NCBI RefSeq assembly: GCF_018350175.1
Contig: NC_058368.1
Coordinates: forward strand, 238,764,001 to 238,828,000
Source of the DNA: Felis catus
Taxonomy: Eukaryota
Reading direction: 5' to 3'
DNA: 64,000 nucleotides
In this document: one piece after another, positions 12,331-25,420 of the stretch
Layout: every line of letters starts with the position of its first letter
Position numbering within the stretch: position 1 is the first letter of the stretch
Made by a program: the position numbers and the translations under genes
Notes under the pieces: generated by a model
The model's input: only the letters and a program-made list of their open reading frames with translations
What the model was told of the DNA's origin: nothing
The model's database searches: none

Positions 12331-15300
12331 ACCTCGCCCCATCTCCCCATCCCCCTCCCCGTCCTTGTCCCCATGCTCACCCATCATCAAGGGTGCTGGA
12401 GTGGACTTTTGATCCTGCCTGTCCACCCACAGCCGAGCTCCAGTGATACAATTCATCTTGGAGACCCCAAGTGCCACGGATTCCCTCTCCCTACTCCTTC
12501 CCTGACATTACAGAACATCTGGTGAGTTTGGTGAGCTTTTCTTCCTCTTTGGGTTGGCACAGTCTCCTAGGAGTGCAAGTCATGGCCCATGGCCGTGGCA
12601 CCTGCAGGGGCTGTCCGCACCAGAGGCCGAGCATGTCAGTGCACCACATAGATGGATTCCACTGCCCTGGGCCTGCCTGAGGCTCCGCTCGGGGTCCACA
12701 CACGTCCGCCTTGTTGTGTGCACTTTCCTGTCTCCCATGTGGAATCTGGGGAATTTCAGAGAGAGAGAGAGAGAGAGACAGAGCTCTTCAGTGGAGGCCA
12801 AGGGGCCTTCACTCCCTATGTGCTCTGCATGTTCTCAAGGCCCACACACTAGGCTGGGCCCCTGTGGTCCAGAGCTCCACCCAGGTCTGGTAGGCAGCGG
12901 AGGAGGAAGGCAAGTCGGAATCATAATCCAGTTACGCTCTCTCGACCAGAAGCTGCAGACTCAAGTGGCTGTCACAGTTGCGACCAGGCTGAACTGGGCC
13001 AAGTTTGCACGAGAGCTGCTTTATTCGATGCCAGGCGCAGAGGATCGTGGGGTCACCTCTTGACTTTCCCTTCTCCATGAAACCTGGTTGAATCACTGGT
13101 GAAGGCAGGCTATGGCTGCTTGTTGCCCTCTCAGAGTTTACAGAGGAATAAGAACACAGCATGGAGTCACGTTCTGCTGGACTTGACCTCTGGCCACTAA
13201 AGCGGAAGCACAGTTTGCTTAGGGAATCACAGGGGTGTGAGCCGCAGTGTCAGGAGGGTGGGACAGGGGGTGGTGTGGAACATGGGCTGCAGGGATGGGC
13301 AGGGGTCACACACACTGGGCGCCCGCAGACTGGGCCTTGGGGAGAGAGAGAGAGAGAACAGGGCCCCGTTGATCCGCTTATGTGGAACACCTGTGGCCGG
13401 GCGAGGTGGGAGAGGCCTGCTCTGCATGTGTCGGCATCTGAGAGGACTCAGAAGGGGCCGAGAGGGGACCTGTGTGCAGGGGCAGGTGCCGCCGGTCACC
13501 TTACAGCCACCGTTTGGATCCCCCTTGGTCCACCTGCAGACAGTTACCTTAACAATGAGGAAGGGAAGGCGGTGGAGCATGACCTGCAGGAGAGCCCCCA
13601 GTGCTGAGAGCAAGAGGCCAGAGCCAGGGCATCATGTCAGATGGGGAGGGGCCCCCCAAAACCAGTCGTGGGTTGAAGGGGGCCCCACTCACCCTGTTGA
13701 AAGGCCCTGACTCTTACAGCCCCTTGTCAGTCATCATCGTACAGACCAGACGAGATGCACCCCAGCTGCTCCCCATATGGGTCCAAACTTGGGGACAGAT
13801 GAGTTCCATGCTGGCCATGCACCCCTGTGTCCTTGCCTGTGGCCGGGTACCCGCAGCTTTTCTAGCAGACCTGCGAGAGGCCCTCTGAGCCAGGCGGGGC
13901 TGCCGACTTCCCCTCTGCTTCACGTTGGGGCCCCGGGGATCCGTCCTCCCGACCGGGAGGCTCAGGAGGGGAACAGCTTGGCATGGGGCATCCAGCGCCC
14001 CCGGCCCTGAGACCCCTCCCAGGAAACGCTCACCACCGCCCCCGCCCCCCACCCCGGCCTTCCTGCACCCACATGCTCCAGGAAGCCTGGACAATGCCCC
14101 ATGTGGAGCCTTTGCTGGCCCGTCCCACCTCCCGAATGCGTCTCCACCCCGGGCAATCCCATCCACATCACTGCACGGAGGAGCCCCCCACATCGTGCAG
14201 GCCGAGAGGCAGTGCCCCCTCCACGGGCACCTTCACCCTGGGCCTCACACACACACACCCCTGCACCCCCCGTGCTCTCGTTGCCCCAACTCCTGCTGGG
14301 TGGCCTCTGCTTTCCTGCAGCGGCGGGAACTCTGGGCCGCGGGTTCCACGGAAACAGGGGGGGCGGGCTCGCTCATCCATCCCTTCACAGAGCACCGACT
14401 GCCTGCGGGCTCCGTGCCACGCGTGGCTCTAGGCACTTGGGCGCGTGGGCTGATACCGTCCCCCAAAGATGTCAGGTTCTCACCCCCGGGCCTTGCAAAT
14501 GTGGCCTCAGATGGCAGAGGTCTTCGAGCTGTGACAGGTTAAGGCTGAGGTGAGAAGCTCATGCGTGGCTGGGGTGGGCCCCGAATGCCGTCCCGAGGGG
14601 CCTTAACAGAGATGGGAGCCCCTGCAGCGGGGGAAGCGGCGAGGGGCCTCCTCCAGAGCCCCAGGAAGGGGGTCGGTGGGGCCGGATCAGCAACGATTCC
14701 AACAGCAACCCCAGGTCTGCCCTCTGGCCTCACAAGCGAGACAAGGCGTCTCTGTTTTGGTACAGCAGCTGCAGGAGACAGGCCAGCGCCCTAAGCAACC
14801 TTCCCGCCCTCCGCCTTCCAGTGTGGGCAGGACCATGAAATCGAGGAAAGCACAGGTAAGTGCCGCCACCAAAGTGCAGGGCTGTGTGTCCACGGGGCAC
14901 GGGGGCTGCCGGCCGGTGTCCCTGCCCGCGGGCGCTGAGGTCGAACCCTGTGGCGATGTCGTGGACGCTGCTGGGCAGTCGGTGCCGCTCCCCGCCCTGG
15001 GGCCTCATCAGATGTGGGCTGGGGACCCCGCGGGTGGAGCGAGCCCCCAGGGCCCCTGAAGGGGACACAGCTTCCTTCGGAGTCACCCTCACACCTCGGC
15101 CAGAACTGACATCTTCTGCCAAGAGATGCCGAGGCCCGAAGCCCAGAATCCGCAAAACAGAAGTGGCCAGAGGGTGGTGTGGATGCTGGCCAGGCGGCTG
15201 CTCAAGGTGACGGGGGCGGGCAGACGCAGGGGAGACACCAGGATGGCCCACGTCACCCTGCAGCCAGGCGGTCCCACGGGGTCCTGATGGTGACATGGAG

Positions 15301-16229
15301 CCTGGGTGCGGTGGCCGCGGGCGGGCCCAGGAGGCCTCGGTGCCACCGCACAGCCATGGAGGATGGGGCGGAGCCTGAGCCCGGTTCCCCCACTGACTGC
15401 AAGGCCAGGTCCCGGCTCCGGCCCGGGGACGGCCGCCCACGCTGCTGTGGGGTCCGCGGGTCCCCGTGTCATTGTGCAGGTGCCAAGGTCATCAGGGGAT
15501 TCCCACCCTTTTTTCAGGTGTTTCGAGTACAAAACCACGGAGAGAGGGGTTCCCAGGCAGCCCTGTGGCCCTCCTGGCCCAGCCACCGTCAAGCATCCCA
15601 GGAGAGTCTGCATTGGGCCTTGCTTGCTTTGCGGGAGTCCCAGGAACGTGTGATTCCTCATGAGGGGCCGGCGTGTGGAGAGGACCCGAGTGGGGTCGGG
15701 CCTGGGGGTGCCCGTGGGGCGCAAGCCACGTGTGTCGCTCGCCGAGACCCAGAGCGAAGCCGCCCGCCCCACCTAGATGCGTCTCCCCCCAGGCACCTGC
15801 CCTCCCGTGTCCTCTGCACAGAGACTCGGCCCTCGGGGACTGGGGCGCAGCCGCTGTGGGACTGGGGTGGGGGTGCCTCGGGGACCCTGGGGCTTCATGG
15901 GCAAGTCCAAAGGCCTTGTGCCCGAGGAGGGGTGTCTGAAGGCGGCCGCTCAGGTCTGAGACCCCAGCGGAGGCACCCTCTGGGACGCGTCCAGGGCAGC
16001 AGAGCTGAGGCCAAAGACGGTCTGCTTGGCCACCCAGGGGCTCCTGCTGCCCACCGGTTCCGGCGCCGCCTCCAGCCTGGGCCCCGACCCTCCCAGAGGC
16101 CCGGGTCTCCGGGGTGGACCCACTGTCCAGAGGGGGAGGCCGGGCACACAGGGGACCCAGCACCCCGTGCTGAGCAGTGGGTGTGCAGCCACGAAGAGAC
16201 ACACGATTCCAATTTCCTGGAGCCTACGC

Positions 16230-17700
16230 TAATGAAGCAAAGAAGAAAAATCACGTGATCGCTGTATAGAAAAACATCTGAGAACATTCAGTGTTCATCC
16301 ATGAAAAAATTCTCAGCAGACTAAGAATAGAAAGGCATTTCCTTGACTGAACAAGCAGTTTGCTCAAAAAACCTTCAGCAAATATAATCCCCAACAGTAA
16401 AACAGAAGACATTCCCCGTAAGACAGGAATGGTAAGCATGCCTTCCAAAACGTCTTCTCAGTGCGGTAGGGGAGTAACCGCTGTCCTATCGTTCCTGAGA
16501 GAGACGGAGACAGACAGGGACTGAGAGACAGACAGAGACAGAGACAGAGAGGCAGAGACAGAGATAGATAGAGACAGACAGAGACAGAGGCAGAAACAGA
16601 GACCGAGAGATACAGACAGAGATAGACAGAGACAGATAGAGACAGAGAGGCAGAGACAGAGACTGAGAGACAGAGATAGAGACTCAGAGACAGAGACCAA
16701 GAGACAGAGGGACAGAGATAGGAGATAGAAACAGAGACAGACAGTGACAGAGAGACAGAGATACACAGAGACAGAGACAGAGGGAGATGGAGAGATAAGG
16801 AGTGGAAGGAAAAAGGAAACGCAGATTATTCACAAATGGAGTCATCATAGAAATTAGGGGAAAACGAACAGGATGAAGAATCAGTAATAAAGACAAGACA
16901 CAAAGGATAAGGTGGAAAACCCGGAAGCATTGTGCACACGTTACCAGAGGAAATAGCACGTAGCAAGTATGTTGGATGCAAATACGATGTACAGGATCGG
17001 CTACATCTCTGTGTCCCAGAACAAACACGTGAAGACCTGTACAAATCTAACAACAGGTGCGAACTTCGTGGAGACGCCGATAAGGCTCTAGCTTCTCGGC
17101 ACCACCGCGCTGACGGAGCGTGAGCCCGGGCGGCTGGCGAAGACGGTGCCCGCAAGGACCGGTCAGCGCCCATCCGGTTTTGCTGCAGGACGCGGCGAGC
17201 TGCTGCAAATTCGCGGGGACGCTCGCGGCACAGGACAGCCAGACGGAGCGGGTGGGGAGCTGTCCCCGTCGGAGCCGAGACGGAGGCGCTGGTGCAGGAC
17301 AGACCGGCCGACAAGGGGCGGGCGGGGAGCGAGGACAGACGCGTGATCCGACACGCAGGGACGCCGCAGAGGGCCTTCTCGGTGGACGTCTCGGGAATAT
17401 CGGCCGTGGATTAAGAAAAGAGTGTGGCGTCCGGGCAGAAATGCTGGGTAGAAGACGTACAGGAGCAAGCACCTAGGTCCCTAGGGGAGCAGGGCTTTCC
17501 GAAACAAGCCAGAAAAGGCAGAAAGCGTCAAGGCAGAGGCTGGTACATTGGGCAGCCGTGAACTGAAGAACGCGCACTCATCGGGACACACGCAGGCTGC
17601 AGAGACCAGGCGTGGGGCCGGGACGAAGCGCTCACGTTCAGATGACGTCAAGGACGCCGAGCCGTCAACGAGGAAAACACCAAGGGCCCGGGGGGCACGC
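16230..17700 (+). mobile_element. Ancient L1 ORF2 (RT to 3' region) remnant, split by a GA-rich repeat and strongly GC-shifted
   Basis: AAAAATCACGTGATC...AAAAATTCTCAGCAGACTAAGAATAGAAAGGCATTTCCTT...AAAAACCTTCAGCAAATATAATC...TTCCCCGTAAGACAGGAA is colinear with L1 ORF2. Confidence 0.7.
16497..16797. repeat. (GA/GACA/GATA)n purine-rich low-complexity repeat, ~300 bp
   Basis: GAGACAGAGACAGAGACAGAGAGGCAGAGACA... read directly. Confidence 0.95.
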
Positions 17701-19062
17701 ACCGTTCAGCCTCATGGGTAACGACGGCCCCCAGGAGCAAGTCAGGACACCGGCTGTGTCACTCCCTACGGAGACCGAAGTCAGCAAAAACCAAGTGACT
17801 TCTCGCTCGGGGTCGTGGTACGAACGGCGGTATCGTCAGAGGGAGAGGGAGGAGCGGACCAGACCGAGGCTCGGCGGGAGCTGCCACTCGAGCTGCCGGG
17901 AACTTTCTTCCAGACCCTGAAGAACCAGCAGCCTCGCGTGGACCAGCGTGGCTTCCGCGTCCTGTAGTGAAGTCACCTCCCTGCGGTGCGCGCCCACAAG
18001 TGCGGAACCGGACCCGTGGCCCCAGAAAACCGTTTCTCTTCCTTCTCAGTTAGGCCCGTCCTCGGGAAGAGTAATGTACCGTCCCCAGACTCCATTCCTG
18101 CCCCTCTGACTACACACGGGCTGCCCGCAGGGCCCTCGGAGGCCGGAGTCTGGAGCCGCCTGTGCTCCCAGCGCCCCCAGTGGAGAGACCCAGCGCGGGT
18201 TGTGAGAACTGTACCCCTTACCTCCTGATACCCTCGGCCGGCCTCTGCAGCCTGCGTGTGTCACCGGCCCCCGGTTGCCCGTGGAGAGATGGGGCTACTT
18301 CCTTGTTGATCGGAGCGTCCCCTTCTCTGTGGGGCAAGTCGCGGGGAGGTGGATCTTCGGGTGGTGGGCACCCCAGCGGGCCGGGGCCTCGGGTGCTCCT
18401 GGGGAGCAGGCAGTGGACCACTCGCTGGGTGGGGCCGGGCCAGGGGGTCCGGGCGCTCTCCCATCTCCCCCCTGCACCGTGGGGCTGGGCTCATCACGGT
18501 CCCTAAGGCCCGAGCCCTCCGACGGGCTAAGGCCGCGCGTCGTCAGGACAGAGGAAACAAACACGCCAGCCCACGTGCTCCTCCCTCCACCCGTGTCTAC
18601 ACGGCGGCCTGCCCTGCCCCCACTGCACCCCAGCACGGCCTCGCGCAGCCAGGCCTGCACCGCTCCGGCCCCCGGAGCCACCCGGCAGAGGCCCCAGCCG
18701 CCGGCACCCTCCCAGGCAGCCGGCAGGGCAGCCCCCACTAGGGCCCGTGGCACACCACGCCAAGCCGCCTCCGGATGGGCGGTGGCTGTGCTCACTGCCG
18801 TCTGCCCCCCCCCTCCCCCCAGCGCAGGTAGCTCCGCCAGGGCCTGGCCCTGAGCAGCTGTACGAGTCCAGGAGGGAGTGCGGCCAGCCTCTCCTCTCTG
18901 CCAGGAGCACCGGTCTGGGGGTCTGGCCTGCCTGCTCCCCTCACTCCACGGATCCAGCTAACCGTCAGGAACAGGTTAGTTTGAGTCCGTTTGCTGTGCG
19001 GTTGGTGTTTCTGTCTTAGACGTACTCTGGAGAGGGGGGCCTCTGCTCCTTGCACAAGAGTG

Positions 19063-19313
19063 TTTATTTTTTTTAAGTTTATTTGTTTTGAGAGAGAGAG
19101 AGAGAGAGAGTGTGTGTGTGGGAGGGGGGAGAGAGAGAGCACAAGCGCACACAGCAGGGGAGGGGCAGAGGGAGAGACAGAATCCCAAGCAGGCTCCGTG
19201 CCGTCAGCACAGAGCCTCACAACCTCTGGGGCTCGATCTCACAACCATGAGATCGTGACCTGAACTGATAGCAAGGGTCGGACGCTTAGCCGACTGAGCC
19301 ACCCAGGTGCCCC
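19063..19313 (-). mobile_element. CanSINE
   Basis: poly-T, (GA)n(GT)n, AGAATCCCAAGCAGGCTCC...GACTGAGCCACCCAGGTGCCCC. Confidence 0.92.
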
Positions 19314-19882
19314 AAAAAGTATGCTTTTTGATGCCCGGGTCTGCCGCACCATGTGCGAAGCCACGAACACAAACCCGTGAGCCGGCAAGACGGGCACGCT
19401 GCTCTCCGGGACCTGCCGGCCTTCACCCAACAGGGTGCCCCGCAAGGGCGGCCCTCGGGGCCTCCAGGGCTGACAGCCTGTCCAGTGCCCGTCTTCCTAG
19501 AGCCTCGGGAGGGGACCCCCTAGTGGGGCCGTGGGCCTTCTCCCCCACCCACCGCAAGCGGCGTGCAGGGCTTGGGGCGGCCCCTGGCCACGGGGTCGGC
19601 TCTCGGGGAGGCCGCACTGTGTCTCCGCAGCGTGGACCCTCCGCTTCTCTGCCTGCACCTGGACGTGTGTGCGCGTGTCCGTCCACCTGCGGGCCAAGGT
19701 TGCCTCTATGTGCAACTTCTTACCTAAGACTGTAATGTTTATAATTTAGTGAACTGGTACCATGAGCCTTTCCAGGCAGGACCACAAAATTAGCAAAGTC
19801 CTTTGCATTATCTTCCTCCAAAAACTTTATTCATAAATCAAAGGCGCAACGATTCATCACCCAGATGGTTCTGTCAGGACTA

Positions 19883-20310
19883 GCCCATCCAAGAGAATGC
19901 ACCGCAAGACATATATAAAACCAGATTTTCTAATAGTCACATTAAAACAAAAACAAAAACAAAAACGAGCGCCTGGGTGGCTCGGTTGAGCGTCCGACTT
20001 CAGCTCAGGTCATGATCTCATGGTGCAGGAGTTCAAGACCCACGTCGGGCTCTGTGCTGACAGGTCAGAGCCCGGAGCCTGCTTCTCACTCTGTGTCTCC
20101 CTCTCTCTCTCTCTGCCCCTCCCCTGCTGGTGCTCTGTCTCCCTCTCTTTCTCTCAAAAATAAACATAAAAATAAATAAATAAAAGCCCCCAAAGAAACA
20201 GATGTCGTTAGCTTAAATAATATGCCATTTAAGCCAACGTACCCCAAATATAATTTTGGCCAAAATGTAACCGAAATGTAAAGTTGTTGCCAAGATGCTC
20301 TGCGTCCCTT
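19883..20310 (+). mobile_element. MER33-like hAT-Charlie DNA transposon remnant interrupted by a SINE
   Basis: ATTTTCTAATAGTCACATTAAAA before the SINE and AAGAAACAGATGTCGTTAGCTTAAATAATATGCCATTTAAGCCAACGTACCCCAAATAT after it are colinear with MER33. Confidence 0.55.
19967..20185 (+). mobile_element. CanSINE
   Basis: GCGCCTGGGTGGCTCGGTTGAGCGTCCGACTTCAGCTCAGGTCATGATCTC...(CT)n...AAAAATAAAC tail. Confidence 0.93.
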
Positions 20311-21415
20311 GCCCTGCGCTGTGTCCTTCCACATGTCTGCGGAGGGCAGGTTTCAGGGGCCCCACAGGCCCCGCGGTTGGCGGCCACCAGCTGGACACCC
20401 AGGCCCAGACTTGCCATGTCACAGTCAGGTGCTGCCTTGCCCAAGTCAGCCCACGTCTGTCCTATATGGCCCTGGGTTGCAGGATGTGTGGGGTCCAGGG
20501 GCAGGGGGGTATTGGGAGAGGGAAGGACACCTCAGGTCCCTGCACGTCTCCTGGGGGCCGAGCCCCTGACGTGCCTGAAAACCCGTGTGCCCTCCAGCCC
20601 CACCTGCAGTTGGAGGGGAAGCCGTGAGGGGGACAGGAGGTAGAAGGGTCACCACAGGATAGGGCGGGCACGGAAGGTAGGACCAGCCTGTCCTTCGGGA
20701 GCAAAGTCTCTGGCCCCCAGGTAATGGCAGAACCACCCCAGCTTCTCCCCAGACAGGGGTGGTGGGGGGGGGTCCCGCGTCCTGGACCGTGTGAGAAGGA
20801 TGGTCCTCACACTGTCCTCGTCCACACCAGAGGACTGAGGTCACAGGGAAACAGCCACTTTGAGTCTACGGAGACAGAGGGTCACTGGCACCCAGAAACT
20901 GGCAGAAACACCTGATGGTCATTTTCACGAGTTGACGAAGGCTGAGCAAGGAAGACTCCACATCTTCACGGTTTTGCCTCCAGGAACCACACCAGGTTCT
21001 CCTGGTGAGGATGCAAACACCTCCACCTGAGAGGAGGGCTCGGTCCCCACGGTGACTGGTCCCCATCAGGGCAGGCCTGGGCTGAGTGTGGGACGCTGTG
21101 CCCTGGAGGAAAGGTCCCAGACGCTCCATCCCTCACGTGTGGCCGCCTGCAGACACAGGGACGCCCAGAGCCAGAAGGGGAGACGACACGGCCTCTGAGC
21201 CCTGGTGCCGAGGCCAGCGGCAAGCGCAGCCTGTCTCTGGCCAAAAGAACACAAAGCCCATCAGAAAGGCCTTCCTCGCTCGGTGCCACTTACCCCGCAC
21301 AAGTGTCCGGCTTTCAACGTGAGCCACAAGACACACCGCCATCTGGGAAACGCCACCACCAGACGAGACTCTACGAGACACAGCAGGGATTTTAGAATTT
21401 GGGGACTGGGATTTA

Positions 21416-21597
21416 CTTTTTATTACTCTCAGTTTTTAACAGTTTGGCAGAGAGAGGGAGAGAGAGAGAATCCCAAGCAGGCTCCGATCTGTCAGTGCAG
21501 AGCCCTACTCGGGGATCCATCCCACGAACCGTGAGATCGTGACCCGAGCCAGAATCAAGAGCCGGACATTGAACTGATGGAGCCACCCAGGTGCCCC
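21416..21597 (-). mobile_element. CanSINE with 16-bp target-site duplication
   Basis: TGGGGACTGGGATTTA / TGGGGCCTGGGATTTA flanks; SINE body AGAATCCCAAGCAGGCTCC...GAGCCACCCAGGTGCCCC. Confidence 0.9.
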
Positions 21598-21769
21598 TGG
21601 GGCCTGGGATTTAAGATGCCAGTGATGAGCGTGTGAGGGGCTCCAGTGGGAAAAGTAGACGGAATCGGTGGCCTGGAGCAGGGAAGCCCCAGGACACCAT
21701 GGACCCACACACGCGCAGCTAAGAATTCCAGGAGGAGGAGGGAAGAAGGGAGAGGACCCATTTGCCGTG

Positions 21770-21900
21770 AAAGTGCCTGGAATCTTCCAGAGTTAATGAG
21801 ACTCAAACCACAAACCAGGAAGCTCGGGGCACCACCAGCAGAATGAACCCCCCCAGACAGACACCTCAGCAAATCCTACTCCAGCTGGAGAACAGGAGGC
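21770..21900 (+). mobile_element. Ancient L1 ORF1 fragment
   Basis: AATCTTCCAGAGTTAATGAGACTCAAACCACAAACCAGGAAGCTC...CCAGCAGAATGAAC...ACACCTCAGCAAATC resembles L1 ORF1. Confidence 0.5.
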
Positions 21901-22989
21901 GGGGAGGACGCGTGAGGAGCCGTCGGACGAACGTGCCAGCTTCCCTCCAGAAGCCAGGATGGGGACCCCAGCTCACCTCCCGAGCCCGTGGCTCCAGGCC
22001 TTCCCGGAGGGACCTCGCACACGTCCCAGAGCCCTCCTTGAGGACAACGGGGTCGGGAAACCACGACCAGAGGAGCCTGGGGAGACATGGCAGTAGGCCT
22101 GTGTCTGTTTGTGTGTGTCCGTCAGTCTGTCCGTGTCTCTGTGTCCGTTTCTACGTGCGTCTGTCCGTGCCTGTATCTGTCTGTGTGTCTGTCCATGTCC
22201 ACGTCCGTGTGCGAGCCTCCCAGGAGGTGGAGGGCGTCTAGTCTGAAGGGCCCTCTTGCAGCCTTGGTTCAGAGGTTCAACTGTATGTTCAATTGTATGT
22301 AAGACCATACAATTGACGCAGGAACCATTTCCATTAAAACAATTTCCACGATACGTGGACAGAGCAAGGTCACGTCCAGGGTCATGCGGAGGTGCGCTCA
22401 GGTGCACGCGCTCCCGGTCGGGTCTGTGTCTGCTGTGCTTATGGCCTCCAAACAGCGTGTCTCCCCAAGCGAGCACTGGTGCTAAGTAGGCGAGGTGGGT
22501 GCGTGCACTGGCCGCTTACCCCCGCTCCCCCCTCAGGTGCCCTCCACCCCCCCCCCCCCCCGCAGGCATCCTACCCACTGCACAGGAGAGCGCTGGAGTG
22601 CCACTGGAGGCGCTCCCTGTGGTTGCACTTGACTTAAAGCTCCGAGTCGGTCTGCCCGGTCTCTCCCTGCGATGAGTCACTGAATCACGGGCCGCCAGAC
22701 ACAGTCACACCCGCCCTGACAGCCCCATATGGAAGCAGGCCTGGGGCCAAGTGGCTTAATGCTTAACGTCTGGGCCCCGATGCAGCCTTGCAGGCGAGCG
22801 GTCTTGCCGGTGGCCTGGGGCGCTCGGGCGGGACCGGGCCCACCCCACTTCCCTGCAGGCTGATGAGGCTACGTGGCCCACGTCCTCAGATGACCCCTGC
22901 CTCAGCCACCAGCCGTGCTGTCCTCCCTCCCCTGCCCCCCACCACTTTCTGGCCTCAAATCCCTGAGGGGCATCTTGGTGATGGATAGA

Positions 22990-23460
22990 TGGAGGCGTCA
23001 TGACCTCACACGAGCAGCAGAGAAAACCCTAAGCAGGCAAATGAACCTGAACAAACGGAGACTTCGAACAAAAGGCAAAAGTGTCTGGACTCCAGGAGGC
23101 GTCACCCCCAAGCGGCCGCTGGAGCACTTGTCCGAGGGGAGCTTCCAAGCTGACGATTAAGAGCGTGATGAGGACAGTAACCAAGCTCCGAGACGAGGGA
23201 GAGTGGCTACGGAGAACGAGTGGGACACATCGGGAGAAAACAAAACACACGGTGGCTGGAATACAGAGTGCGACGCGGGCCAGGGGCACCTGGAGGCCGT
23301 GGAGGCGGCGCCTGGGAGGGACGGGGGCCCAGGGGAGCACTCACAGCCATGGGGGTGTGTGGGGGCGAGTCGGCGCCCACACCTGGGGCCATGGGACAGA
23401 GCAGACCAGCAAATGGAAAACAAGCTCAGAGTTTCCAGAATTATAGAATGACGAGACCGT
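22990..23460 (+). mobile_element. Ancient L1 ORF1 region remnant
   Basis: A/G-rich diverged text ending AGCTCAGAGTTTCCAGAATTATAGAATGAC; boundaries approximate. Confidence 0.4.
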
Positions 23461-24250
23461 CCCCGCCTGCGGCCACCATCCTAAAGTCTGAGGGCACAGA
23501 CCAGCGAGGAGGTCCACATGACCAGGAGGGGTGCTCAGGCGGCCATGTCTCTGAGCCCCACGTTCGGGGTCACAGAGCCCCTGTCTGAGAGCGCGTGGTG
23601 GGAGGGGGCGCAGGTGGTGACAAGTTCAGAGTCGGCAGGAAGAGTCAGGGCAACAGGAAGGACAAAGAACTTGCAGACCAGCCCACGGAAATGCACTCGA
23701 GGCAGGGGACGGCACAGAGACGAAGGGAGGAAAGACACAGGGACACGTGTGGAAGTGGAAGGCGGAGCAGACACTGGACTTGGACACGGAGTAGGGCTGC
23801 ACACCTCCTCCGGGGGCGGTTTTAGACACGTCTGCCAGGAGAGGGGACAGGAGAGGGTGCCGCTCCTTCCGTTGTCGCTCAAAACTCCTCAGCGCAAGGG
23901 ACACTGGAAACGCTGGCTGGGAACCGGAGGTTTCGAGGGTCGCGGCCAGAGGGTGGCTGGCATGGGCAAAGAGGCCCTGCTCCGTGGGCTGTGGCCCCCA
24001 CTGGCCTGAGACCCTCGCTGGGTCACTCCGTGTCTGTCACTCACTAGCAGGAGATGACACGGAGGTATGTGAGTGGGGTTTGTGTGGGGAATAAAAGGAC
24101 ACAGAGAGGACATGGTCGGCAAGGAGCCCAGGCATGGTATGGTGTTCTTTCTGAAATATCCCATTGTGACCATCCTCGAGGCCACTGTCCCCTCGTTCGG
24201 ATGATGCATTTGGGCTGAGCCACAGGAACAGAGACTTGCCGCACCAGCCA

Positions 24251-24472
24251 GAGGGGGGCCAGACGGGGCCATACAGGGGTCAGACATGGGTCAGATGGGG
24301 GTCAGACGGAGACCAGACAGGGGTCAGATAGGGGCCATCCGGGGGCTAGTGGGGGTGAGACGGGGGCTGAGGGATCAAGTGGGGGCCAGGTGGGGGTCAG
24401 ATGGGGACAGGGGTCAGACAGGAGCCAGATGGGGGCCAGACGGGCTGGTGGGGGTGAGACGGGGGTCAGACT
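24251..24472. repeat. G-rich ~11-bp minisatellite, GGGG(T/C)CAGA(C/T)N
   Basis: About 20 imperfect units, e.g. GGGGTCAGACA, GGGGGCCAGAC. Confidence 0.9.
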
Positions 24473-24986
24473 AGGCCGGACCGTCGGAATGTGCACAGAT
24501 CCCAGGACCCCTGGTCTGTCCCTGAGGGTCTGGGAGCACTGACTGCCTAAGGTTCTAGGCGACTAACGGGCTTGTGCCGAGCAAACCAGGCGTCAACTCC
24601 AATTTCTCACGGTGACGAGACAGGGTCGTTACCCACACACAACCGACAGCTCGTCACCCGCTGAGGTTGAAGTGGCGGGTGCCATACTTACTTGTCACAG
24701 TAGATAAATGTGCAGCCACCGGTTTCCCAGCAGAGGAAACTGGAAAAAATACCAACTCTGGGTTGATTTCGGAACAAAAAGAGGGCCGGACCCGGTGTCG
24801 TGCTTCACTGTTCCTGCTAAAAGTCCGTCTCTTCGATCAGAATGTGGGCATAGTTTTCCCATCTGTGCATCCCACTTAAGCAACAGGTCCTCCCTCCCTT
24901 TCATTCCAAAAATTAGGCCAAATAAAAACTAGCCAGAGTGCCAGTTGTTCTCCAAAAGGGAAATAAAAGAAGTCACGTGGGGCAGA

Positions 24987-25067
24987 AAATACAATAAATA
25001 ATATATAAAATATATAAGTATATATAATATATAATATGTAAATATAATAAATAATAGATAAAATATA
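24987..25067. repeat. AT-rich (TA)n low-complexity tract
   Basis: AATAAATAATATATAAAATATATAAGTATATATAATATATAATATG... Confidence 0.9.
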
Positions 25068-25166
25068 GGCCAGTGGGTGGGGCAGGATCCCACCCCTACA
25101 TCGTGTCCCACACCCAAGGTGTTAGCGGCAGGTGCCCAAAGCCCAGGGTAAGACAAACTAGGCCCT

Positions 25167-25350
25167 GGGGCCCTGGGTGGCTCAGGGGTTCAGCATCCTA
25201 CTTCAGCTCAGGTCACGATCTCTCTGTTTGTGAGTTTAAGCCCCACGTCGGGCTCGCTGCTGTCAGTGCGGGGCCCACTTCAGATCTTCTGTCCCCCTCT
25301 CTCTCTGCCCCTCCCCTACTTGCTCGCTCTCTCGAAAATAAACAAAAAAA
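25167..25350 (+). mobile_element. CanSINE with 13-bp target-site duplication
   Basis: AAACTAGGCCCTG at 25155-25167 and 25348-25360; SINE head GGGGCCCTGGGTGGCTCAG. Confidence 0.92.
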
Positions 25351-25420
25351 CTAGGCCCTGCCAGGCGCTCGGCTTTAGCTCACTTTGTTGCAGCCACTTA
25401 AAGAACGTGCTCCTTCCCCA

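Noticed and set aside
19718..19831. Minus-strand AG|GTAAGA donor and AATAAA as a possible end of a hidden transcript
   Set aside because: No matching strong acceptor, and the order of signals does not form a coherent terminal exon.
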